A stretch of DNA of 64,000 nucleotides from Candidatus Saccharimonadia bacterium (GTDB taxonomy: Bacteria > Patescibacteriota > Saccharimonadia > Saccharimonadales > 2-12-FULL-41-12), in assembly GCA_963717365.1 (NCBI GenBank), contig OY970327.1, forward strand, positions 459,599 to 523,598. Direction: 5' to 3'. Made by a program: the position numbers and the translations under genes. Within the stretch, counting starts at the first letter, position 1. Each line of letters starts with the position of its first letter. Below are positions 8,014-15,339 of the stretch, in pieces. The notes beneath the pieces were generated by a model. That model made no database searches. It saw only the letters and a program-made list of their open reading frames with translations, and was not told the DNA's origin.

Positions 8014-8682
8014 ATGGCAGTTGGATTGGTGCGCTCTGAACTTCCTGATTCTTGGTTTGATCTGTATCGGCATTTTGCCAACAATGTTAGTGGTATGCCG
8101 GTAAAGAAACTTGCTCGTAAGGATGCTTTACTCTTTACTGATACTATTCCTCCCGATGGATTCGGTACAGGCTTTTTTTATAATACACCCGCTAGTGTCA
8201 GCCAATTAGTGGTTGCTCTGGCGGTAGCACCCAATCCAGAGATTCGAGAGTTAGCCAGTAACAGTATGCTGTTTCCCAGCTTAGCTAGCTTAGCGAAAGC
8301 AATGCGTGTCAAAAAAGTACTAAAAAATTTCAAGCTATTAGATTTGGGTTGCGGCATAGTGCCTGGTTTTGCCATGGTTGCTAAAACCCTGGGGGCTGAA
8401 GTACATACTGTAGATGGCGAATCGCTTGGATCAGGCCAAGCAAAATTAGTAGATACGCACACTGTTGTTGATCTATGTTCCCCGGAAGCTATTCCAGCCA
8501 TCAAAGCAAATACAGGCGGTCAGTTTGATTTTATTAGCGAATGTATAATTGGCTCAGTCCCAGGGCATCCTAGCTGGAAAACTCCTCTGAAAGATGATCT
8601 GTATCTCTACGGTGAACATCTATTAAAGCCTAGTGGCTTTCAACATCATGCAGGCTATGTTCACGTACTACAAAAAACGTGA
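8014..8682 (+). CDS. Class-I SAM-dependent methyltransferase-like protein (tentative)
   Basis: 222 aa. LLDLGCGIVPGFAMVAKTLGAEVHTVD resembles motif I (LDLGCGxG) plus an acidic post-I residue. Confidence 0.4.
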   Translation: MAVGLVRSELPDSWFDLYRHFANNVSGMPVKKLARKDALLFTDTIPPDGFGTGFFYNTPASVSQLVVALAVAPNPEIRELASNSMLFPSLASLAKAMRVKKVLKNFKLLDLGCGIVPGFAMVAKTLGAEVHTVDGESLGSGQAKLVDTHTVVDLCSPEAIPAIKANTGGQFDFISECIIGSVPGHPSWKTPLKDDLYLYGEHLLKPSGFQHHAGYVHVLQKT

Positions 8683-8693
8683 ATAGATAACTA

Positions 8694-8730
8694 TTTACAA
8701 ACATCAGTATTTGTGGTATTTTTAGCTTTA
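8694..8730 (+). promoter_or_regulatory. Cassette promoter module copy 8
   Basis: -35 TTTACA at 8694-8699, 17-nt spacer AACATCAGTATTTGTGG, -10 TATTTT at 8717-8722, and ATG at 8731. Confidence 0.55.
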
Positions 8731-9309
8731 ATGAATAATCGAAGTGTAGAGCTCAGGTTCGGCATGCAAACTGCTCCAATTAGGTTTCCGGAAGAAAGAG
8801 TTGTTCGCAATAACTGGATTACAGATATATACGGCATGAATCTGGCATATGGCGATATGAACGTGCTGGATATTGCCTCGGTTGAGAGACAAGTTGATAG
8901 TTTTGGTGCGTTGCTGTTAATTGAAGAACAGATGGGGAGTGCTTTGCGTCTTGGTCAGGCTGCAAGCTCGTTTTATGAACCCAGCCAGGATCAACTTGCT
9001 GTAGTAGAAGAGTTATCTCGACTAGATGCTTCAGACAATTATATCCCATCCTTACTAAATGATCGGGCGCTACATGAAGTACCTGCGCTGTATTTATCTC
9101 GCGCAGCAATTGTCAAAGACAATCTACTTTTTAAGGGGATACTTGGGGAAAGATTTGCAGAAGCCTTAAGCTATACTGAAAAGACACCACAACTTGATGA
9201 TCCAGAGAAGAAGGAATTATATGACCGAGCTGCCGCATTAAAAAGCATAAATTTGTCTCCGGCAGCTTTTATAATCGAAGCTGCCAAAGCCGCGCACGGC
9301 ATTAAGTGA
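8731..9309 (+). CDS. Hypothetical protein (192 aa)
   Basis: The track start GTG 8713 lies inside the promoter. ATG 8731 fits the module. No domain recognised. Confidence 0.5.
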   Translation: MNNRSVELRFGMQTAPIRFPEERVVRNNWITDIYGMNLAYGDMNVLDIASVERQVDSFGALLLIEEQMGSALRLGQAASSFYEPSQDQLAVVEELSRLDASDNYIPSLLNDRALHEVPALYLSRAAIVKDNLLFKGILGERFAEALSYTEKTPQLDDPEKKELYDRAAALKSINLSPAAFIIEAAKAAHGIK

Positions 9310-9315
9310 TCTATC

Positions 9316-9807
9316 ATGATTAGACAGAATTCAACCACAGGAATACCTCGGGGACGGACTCGGTTTGAAGATGCTTGGGAGAAGCCACTAGTCGGAGATC
9401 ATTTATTTAAATCAGAACGCTATGGCGTTATGGCTCTAGCTGATCCTTTCGCAAAATTTCCCATGCATGTAGTTGTGGCGCCACGGGAGGGCATGCCGGA
9501 TGAGGAGGTATATTTTAGTGACTTACCTCGAATCACTAAACGGTTGCTGCACGAGGTTTCCGACGCGGTAGAAGAAAAAATCAAACAGCATTGTCAGCCA
9601 GGACAGCGTGTTATTACACATACTGAAGGGTTTGGTATTCCTGATCATGCCCATATAGTGCTATTTGCAGCTGAACGCGGCGAGGGTCAATCTTTATATG
9701 TACCCTGTTCAGCCGGGGCATTAGCAGTTCAACATACACTAGAAATAATTTCATTTAGTCCTATTGAAGCCCAAGCCCTTGAGCAACGGCTTGACCAAGT
9801 TTCATAG
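9316..9807 (+). CDS. HIT-like hydrolase/nucleotidyltransferase superfamily protein (tentative)
   Basis: 163 aa, 6 nt downstream of the previous gene. PMHVVVAPRE ... PDHAHIVLF resembles a degenerate histidine-triad motif. Confidence 0.4.
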   Translation: MIRQNSTTGIPRGRTRFEDAWEKPLVGDHLFKSERYGVMALADPFAKFPMHVVVAPREGMPDEEVYFSDLPRITKRLLHEVSDAVEEKIKQHCQPGQRVITHTEGFGIPDHAHIVLFAAERGEGQSLYVPCSAGALAVQHTLEIISFSPIEAQALEQRLDQVS

Positions 9808-9883
9808 TTTCGCTGTCTCAAAATACATACTCCTACTGTATATAGTCTCGATATCTACGATTGACACGTATTAGCATGAGCAA

Positions 9884-9918
9884 TATTTTAAATTTCGTTT
9901 TCGTGGTATTTTTTCTAT
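9884..9918 (+). promoter_or_regulatory. Cassette promoter module copy 9 (degenerate left half)
   Basis: TTTTCGTGGTATTTT with -10 TATTTT at 9907-9912 and ATG at 9919 (6-nt gap). A TTGACA at 9861-9866 is too far upstream to serve as the -35. Confidence 0.45.
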
Positions 9919-10323
9919 ATGTTTGAAAAATTAGAAAATATCTCATTTAGTCGTCGTGCTGGACTCGGGCTTATCACATTAACGGGCATCGGTGTAGCAA
10001 TCGGTTGCAAGCTGTACCAGTCAGGTGGACAAAATAATAAAGAAACTTTGGTGCGTGGCATACCATATACCGAAACCCAATTTCGGCGTGCCGGCTGTGC
10101 GTTAGTGCCGTTCGTTGAGGAGTGGAAACTTAGTCTTAACCCTGAGAATTTAGATTTAATGGCATATGTTGTGCTGAAACATGCTTCTAGCCAAGAGGGG
10201 CTTGATTCAGCAGAAAATTATCAGCAAATCGATGATAGTGTCCGAGAATTAATAAATGAGGATAGAGAAAGTCATGCCCGTATGCTGGAAGCCTGGCAGC
10301 GTGATATTGATAGTCGCCAATAG
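9919..10323 (+). CDS. Hypothetical membrane-anchored protein (134 aa)
   Basis: N-terminal hydrophobic segment AGLGLITLTGIGVAIG. No domain recognised. Confidence 0.5.
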   Translation: MFEKLENISFSRRAGLGLITLTGIGVAIGCKLYQSGGQNNKETLVRGIPYTETQFRRAGCALVPFVEEWKLSLNPENLDLMAYVVLKHASSQEGLDSAENYQQIDDSVRELINEDRESHARMLEAWQRDIDSRQ

Positions 10324-10349
10324 TTCAATAGGTACTTGTTAATTTAAAG

Positions 10350-10378
10350 TTGCTATGCTTTTGAGTTAGTGTTAGAAT
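10350..10378 (+). promoter_or_regulatory. Putative sigma70-type promoter of the GC-rich cassette
   Basis: TTGCTA at 10350-10355, a 17-nt spacer ending in TGT, and TAGAAT at 10373-10378. It lies about 170 nt upstream of the first island gene. Confidence 0.5.
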
Positions 10379-10549
10379 GACACTTACATCAGTTCGTGTT
10401 TGTAATACACTTATCCATGCGGAGCTACGTCTCCCAGATGTAGAACCTTAACAGCCTGGCAAAATACTTAGTAAGACGAAGAGTGCAGGCAGCACGCCGA
10501 CTCTTCAGAACATTCCATACTTCAACTACCACGAAAGGATGTTATAGGT

Positions 10550-11362
10550 GTGGTAATAACGAATGGCACTACTCAGTACCGCATCGGTAGACTAGTGGCA
10601 GAAGCTGCAGCATTTCGGCTCTACATCTGCAAGGATGTTGCTGCCGATAAGCAGTATCTGCTACAAGTCGCCGCCCAGATCGAGCACAACAGTGGACTCG
10701 ACCGTGCGGCGTTCGTACTAAAGAAGCTCAAGCAGACTTCCGATCTCTATGAGACGGAATACGCAAAGGTTTCAGAGGGACGGATGCTCAACTACGATCG
10801 TCTCTTCCCAGGTTTGGTGGACAGTTTTATCTGCGATGAGCAGGGCAAGCGTCGGGTTAACATCCTGACGTTTAAAGATATCGACTCCATCTCTATGATG
10901 GTGCCGTTGTCTAACCTGATCAACAAGGATCGGCTGCGCATCGATCTGGAAACCAGTGCTTGGATCATGGGACGGCTTCTAAAGCTGCTTGCATTTACGC
11001 ACGGCCAAGGAATCACCGTTGGCATGCTCACTGGTAACAACGTGCTGATCAGTCCGTCGAACCACTTTGTTGTGGTTCTCGACTGGTCGGCGGCACGGAC
11101 GTTCCAGCGGGAAGTTCCGCTCGAAGATCGCAGAGCCGACATCGCACGCGCCGCGCAAGCAGTGTTTGCAGCCATCGGCGGTGATCCCGCGACGCAGGAC
11201 TATCCGTACAGCACAGACGACAACCGTCGGTATGTCGAGCATCTCATGCGCTTGGCGAGCAGGCGGGAAGGCAATGCCGAACGGGCTCATGCCAACTTCT
11301 ACAAGTTGGTCTACGAGCTGTTTGGCAAAGGGTTCCGACCCTTCACTACGTTGCCCCTATAG
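10550..11362 (+). CDS. Protein-kinase-like fold protein, probably atypical or pseudokinase
   Basis: 270 aa with a GTG start about 10 nt after AAAGGA. THGQGITVGMLTGNNVLISP aligns with the HRDLKxxNxLI catalytic loop but lacks the catalytic Asp. VVVLDWSAA matches a DFG-like Mg-binding Asp. GC-rich codon usage. Confidence 0.45.
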   Translation: MVITNGTTQYRIGRLVAEAAAFRLYICKDVAADKQYLLQVAAQIEHNSGLDRAAFVLKKLKQTSDLYETEYAKVSEGRMLNYDRLFPGLVDSFICDEQGKRRVNILTFKDIDSISMMVPLSNLINKDRLRIDLETSAWIMGRLLKLLAFTHGQGITVGMLTGNNVLISPSNHFVVVLDWSAARTFQREVPLEDRRADIARAAQAVFAAIGGDPATQDYPYSTDDNRRYVEHLMRLASRREGNAERAHANFYKLVYELFGKGFRPFTTLPL

Positions 11363-11383
11363 ACACCCTCATGAGGAGAAGTA

Positions 11384-12553
11384 ATGGGATACGATACGTT
11401 TTCAACCACGTCATTCCGCAGGATCCACGATTCTGCGACTCGTGGCGGCACGACCAGTGCCACCCGGGCAGCCGAGGAACGCATCAACCAAGGTCTCGGT
11501 CTCGACCCGTTGGTCGACCCGAAGGGCTTGGCGCACCTCGGTCCGGTTCGCATGTCGTTGCCGCGCTTCGAAAAGCAAGGTGACTACTGGCTCCTGACCA
11601 AGGGTCTGCCGATGGCCGAGGAAACGCTCCTGGACACCACAAGCTCGATGGGCAACAACGTCGACATGGCCTTCGCGGCTTTGCCAAACGCCTACGAGAT
11701 GCTGACATCCGGGGAACAGCCAATCCTTGGCCGGTACGACCCCCAGATCGCTACGGCGATCTTCAACGACGTACAAGACAATATGTACCGGGGCAACATT
11801 CCCGTCCTGGCCCGTAGCCAGTTCGAGATGGCCGACAAGATCGCGCAGCAAATGACGCTGCTGGTTCCCGGTCGCGGTGGGTGCGGTAACGGCAAGGAAG
11901 ATCCCCAGTTCGGGCTCTTCGGCGCCGCCTACCTGACCGCTGCCTCGATCAACAAGTGGGGTCTCAAGTACTACCACTTCACAATCTCCGATGAGCCGAT
12001 TGTCGATTACATCGACCTTCAGTGGCTCAAGACCATCTTCGGAGATGACGTGTTGGACCGAGTCAAGGAAAACGGCTACGACTTCGCAGCCGCCGAACTT
12101 CCCGATACCGCGCAAGCGGTCAGCGACCTGCAGATGCGGGCACATGCCTTCTTCCTGCAGGTTCCGGGATACGGTGCCGAACGACGTGTGACGGATCAGT
12201 GGACTGAGCTTTACGGCGATGACCACACCATCATGCTTCCCGGCAGCACCGAACACGTGCACTACCTGAAGGCCGTCATCATTGGTCTGACCGAAGGAGT
12301 GCTCGACCTCAATTCGGCCGACACGTTTCTGCGCGACCACGGGCTGGACCGACGCACCGCCGATTCAATCGTACGTGCCGTGGCCCACATCCCGCTGGCC
12401 GCCCAGACGCAGGCGCCGAACTTCGACAAGATCCCCAAGGCCGGCGATCTCTTCCAAGAGAAGACCGACCTGTGGCCGATCGATTCGAATGAGGTACCGG
12501 AGCAGTCCCAGAGCCAGCCGGATGCAACCGATGACGAGCTGAACTGGCTCTAG
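11384..12553 (+). CDS. von Willebrand factor A (vWA)-like protein with a MIDAS-like motif
   Basis: 389 aa with SD GAGGAG. LLDTTSSMG is a DxTxS variant of the DxSxS MIDAS motif following a beta-strand. The tail is acidic (DATDDELNWL). Confidence 0.5.
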   Translation: MGYDTFSTTSFRRIHDSATRGGTTSATRAAEERINQGLGLDPLVDPKGLAHLGPVRMSLPRFEKQGDYWLLTKGLPMAEETLLDTTSSMGNNVDMAFAALPNAYEMLTSGEQPILGRYDPQIATAIFNDVQDNMYRGNIPVLARSQFEMADKIAQQMTLLVPGRGGCGNGKEDPQFGLFGAAYLTAASINKWGLKYYHFTISDEPIVDYIDLQWLKTIFGDDVLDRVKENGYDFAAAELPDTAQAVSDLQMRAHAFFLQVPGYGAERRVTDQWTELYGDDHTIMLPGSTEHVHYLKAVIIGLTEGVLDLNSADTFLRDHGLDRRTADSIVRAVAHIPLAAQTQAPNFDKIPKAGDLFQEKTDLWPIDSNEVPEQSQSQPDATDDELNWL

Positions 12554-12595
12554 GTCACACCGTCATCAAACTACAACTGTCCAGATAGGAGACAA

Positions 12596-13981
12596 ATGAC
12601 TCATAAGGTCTACGTCGTCACCGATCTTGGACCAGGTGACGGTGGCAAGGGTGGTGTGGTGCACAAAATCAGTAGCATGATGCGTGCCCACACCATTATC
12701 AAGCGCGGCGGCGCACAGGGAAGCCATGGCGTCCGCACCTCCAGAGGCGAGCAGTTTGCCTTTAGCCAATGGGGGTGCGGTACGTTTGAAGGTATTCCCA
12801 CCTTTCTCTCCGAGCAGATGATCATCAGTCCGGAGGGATTGCTCAACGAAGCCGCCGATCTGCGCTACCTGCACGGCATACACAACGCTTGGGATCTACT
12901 GACCGTAGACGAACGAGCCTTGTGTGCTACACCGTTCCACGGGATAGCTTCTCATCTAAAAGAACTGGCGAGACGCGATAACCCTCGTGGAACGGTTGGC
13001 ACCGGCGTTGGTGAGGCGTACCGCAGCTACCAACAACTGCCGGAACTCGCAATCATGGCCAAAGACCTGAAAGGAGGAGGTCTGCGAGACCGGCTAGCAG
13101 CGATCAGGGACCACATCAGGTCCGACCTTCAACCGGTTATCAACGGCGAGTTTCTTGCCAGCGATCTGGACGCTTACAACAAGGAGGTTGGCCTACTGTA
13201 CGACGACGCGTTTTTGGACTACGTTACCGTACGGTTTGAAGAAGCCGCCAAGCAGGTGAATATCGTCGGTTCCAACTACCTGGGTGATGAAATACTTGCT
13301 CGGGAAGGGGTGGCCGTCGTAGAAACCTCGCATGGCGTTCTAACCGACCGCCTTACTGGCTTTCACCCGCATACTAGTGCTATCCGGACGCTGCCGCGCT
13401 TTACGCATGGCATGCTTTCAGATGCCGGCTATGACGGAGAAGTGGTCGACATTGGAGTAACCAGAGCCTACGCCGTTAGGCATGGAGCTGGTCCGATGCC
13501 AACCGCCAACACTGAGATGACGGAGCGCCTGCTGCCTGGCAGCGCCAAAGGCGCTAACCGTTATCAGGGAGAGATACGAGTTGGTCCTCTGGATCTCCTG
13601 CTGCTTCGATATGCAATCGATGCTTGTGGTGGCCCGGTCTCATTTGATGGCCTTGCCATAACCTGGTTCGACCAAATCCAAGTAAATGGAGTCTGGGAGA
13701 TATGCAACGCGTATTTCAATGCTGACAAGCCCACCTTTTTCACACCTCAGGGTGAGATCAAGATTGATCGCAGCACGGACGTACAGCATCTTGAGTATCA
13801 GCGTGGCCTTGGCCGCCAGCTACTCAGCTGCTCGCCAGAAATCACGGCGCTGCCGGTCAATTCGGATATCAGCCATGATGAGCTATATGCCATTTGTGCT
13901 GACACCATGCAAGCGTTGACCGCAGTACCTGTCCGAATGGTTTCATTTGGACCAACAGAGCTCGACAAGCTCTGCAAGTGA
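12596..13981 (+). CDS. Divergent adenylosuccinate synthetase (PurA/PurZ) family enzyme
   Basis: 461 aa with SD AGGAG. Motif-by-motif match to PurA as I recall it. [11 protein letters not shown] aligns with QWGDEGKGKIV, and GGAQGSHGV with [20 protein letters not shown] aligns with GTTGRGIGPAY, and [20 protein letters not shown] with [35 protein letters not shown] aligns with KAYSTRVGAGPFPT, and SFGPTE with STGPDR. Confidence 0.75.
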   Translation: [461 protein letters not shown]

Positions 13982-14010
13982 CCCGCAAGACAAAAAACAA
14001 GGAGATAACC

Positions 14011-15159
14011 ATGTCCGACGAGACAGATACGACCACCGAAGCCAACGGCTCCGACCCCGTCGTTGACAAGCTCAAGGAATACGGCGCTGCCGACGAGACG
14101 ATCAGCAATATCCAGAACCTGGGTGTCACCACCCTCGAGGATCTGGCCTTGCTGAACGAGACGGATCTGGTGGACGCAGGCGTGAAGACGATTCCGGCGC
14201 GCAAGCTGCTGGTCTCGCTCAAGCCGGCAACACCACCCGTCGACACGGCAGCGCTCGGTGCGGCTGCGTTCGACAGCGTTCTGCCGCTCGTACCCGATGA
14301 CGGCTCGTGGCTGGCAGCCCTCAAGACCGGTGGCGTCTTGAAGGTCGATCAGTCGACTGTCATCTCGGCCATCAGGGCGGCCCTGGCTGACCGTGTGGGT
14401 CTCTTCGAGATTCCGGCCAAGCTGGTCGCCGCCATGGAGCAGTTCGCCGCCAGCAACGACGAGCCGGTGGATCCGTCGTTCTTCACTCTGCGTGAGCAGC
14501 TTACGCAGCGGAAGTACGCCGAGATCTTCGAGGCCATCCCCGGTCTCAACGGCAGCTACGTCACCGACGGCCGCAAGAAGCAGCTGTTCGACCGCATGGA
14601 CAGCAACCTCTGGCCAGCCATCATGGCCTTCAACGACCAGCTGAAGAGCTGGCAGGAGACCTGGATGCAGCAAGGGGCGAACCCCGGCATGCTGTTGGCG
14701 GCAATCGCTTCCAACAGCGGCAGCGGACTGCAGATGCCTCCCGGCATGATGCAGCCGCCCGACACGAGTGGTCTGCGCGACTACGCCGATGCCATCAACG
14801 ATGCCGTGAACCGTGTGTTCGCCGGCACCGGAGTGCAGATCGCGGCCGCGTTGGCCTACGACGCTTCGCAGATCAAGCGGACGCTGGAAGACCCCCGTCT
14901 CCCGTCCATGATCGGCGCGGCAAACCGTGACCAGATGCTCAAGCAGTTGAATGTCACGGTCAGCTCCACCTACCCCAGGTTGGAGCTCAACCTCACCCGG
15001 TTCGTCCTGGCTTGCATGCAGGCCAAGGACCAGCCATCGGGCAATGAGGAGCTGCAGTACTTCGGCATGCTCAACATGCTCGGCTCCCAGATTCCCTGGT
15101 CTGAGCTGGGCTATCACAGCAACCAAGTACACGGCATCACTGGTCGTACGAGGATCTAG
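14011..15159 (+). CDS. Hypothetical protein (382 aa), last gene of the GC-rich cassette
   Basis: ATG 14011 lies 7 nt after AAGGAG (13999-14004), whereas the track start GTG 13978 overlaps the purA-like stop. The N-terminus is acidic, with a small helical region (LGVTTLEDLALLNETDLVDAGVKTIPARKLL) and a Q/P/M-rich linker. No domain recognised. Confidence 0.6.
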   Translation: MSDETDTTTEANGSDPVVDKLKEYGAADETISNIQNLGVTTLEDLALLNETDLVDAGVKTIPARKLLVSLKPATPPVDTAALGAAAFDSVLPLVPDDGSWLAALKTGGVLKVDQSTVISAIRAALADRVGLFEIPAKLVAAMEQFAASNDEPVDPSFFTLREQLTQRKYAEIFEAIPGLNGSYVTDGRKKQLFDRMDSNLWPAIMAFNDQLKSWQETWMQQGANPGMLLAAIASNSGSGLQMPPGMMQPPDTSGLRDYADAINDAVNRVFAGTGVQIAAALAYDASQIKRTLEDPRLPSMIGAANRDQMLKQLNVTVSSTYPRLELNLTRFVLACMQAKDQPSGNEELQYFGMLNMLGSQIPWSELGYHSNQVHGITGRTRI

Positions 15160-15182
15160 TCCTCACCGCGACCAGTCCCAAA

Positions 15183-15217
15183 GGACCGGCGAAACCTCTG
15201 ATAGGTTTCGCCGGTCC
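15183..15217 (+). terminator. GC-rich hairpin terminator without a U-tract
   Basis: GGACCGGCGAAACC (15183-15196) pairs perfectly with GGTTTCGCCGGTCC (15204-15217), giving a 14-bp stem and 7-nt loop, 24 nt after the stop. No T-run follows. Confidence 0.6.
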
Positions 15218-15339
15218 AGCAGGGGCTCTCGATTGATGTTAGTCTTTACCGACTATTTCCAATCTTGAGCCCCTTTTTTCATATTTATTACTTTAGCCAA
15301 CGAGACGTGACCTTGGATGTAGATTTTATTATGGAAGAG

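Noticed and set aside
2541-10323. Integron cassette array, with the junction motifs acting as attC sites
   Set aside because: No integron integrase or attI is visible. The junction motifs lack the RYYYAAC/GTTRRRY core sites and the imperfect-palindrome attC layout. Each cassette carries its own promoter, unlike classic promoterless integron cassettes. A different recombination mechanism is not excluded.
10379-10549. A known purine, ZTP or PRPP riboswitch in the island leader
   Set aside because: I could not recognise the conserved cores of these classes by eye; GCCTGGCA at about 10454-10461 only superficially resembles the ZTP 3' motif. A covariance-model scan is needed.
12596-13981. Calling the PurA-like gene a phage PurZ (2-aminoadenine / Z-genome pathway)
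   Set aside because: No DatZ-like dATPase, MazZ-like pyrophosphatase, polymerase or any phage structural or replication genes accompany it. The P-loop (GDGGKGG) is not what I remember for PurZ. It is kept only as an analogy for altered substrate specificity.
10792-15132. Long minus-strand and alternative-frame ORFs inside the island (e.g. 11411-12340 at 309 aa, 13798-15132 at 444 aa, 13869-14324, 10792-11175, 12566-12883)
   Set aside because: They are Arg/Gly/Pro/Ala-rich and lack start signals. They fully overlap plus-strand genes that have SDs and recognisable motifs. This is the expected stop-codon depletion artefact of high GC.
10330-15300. The GC-rich block as a simple assembly chimera or contaminant
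   Set aside because: Both flanks continue without obvious breaks. The block has an AT-rich-style promoter and leader with a gradual GC transition, and the cassette is a complete transcription unit. However, this cannot be excluded without read mapping, so it is listed as a check in the main finding.
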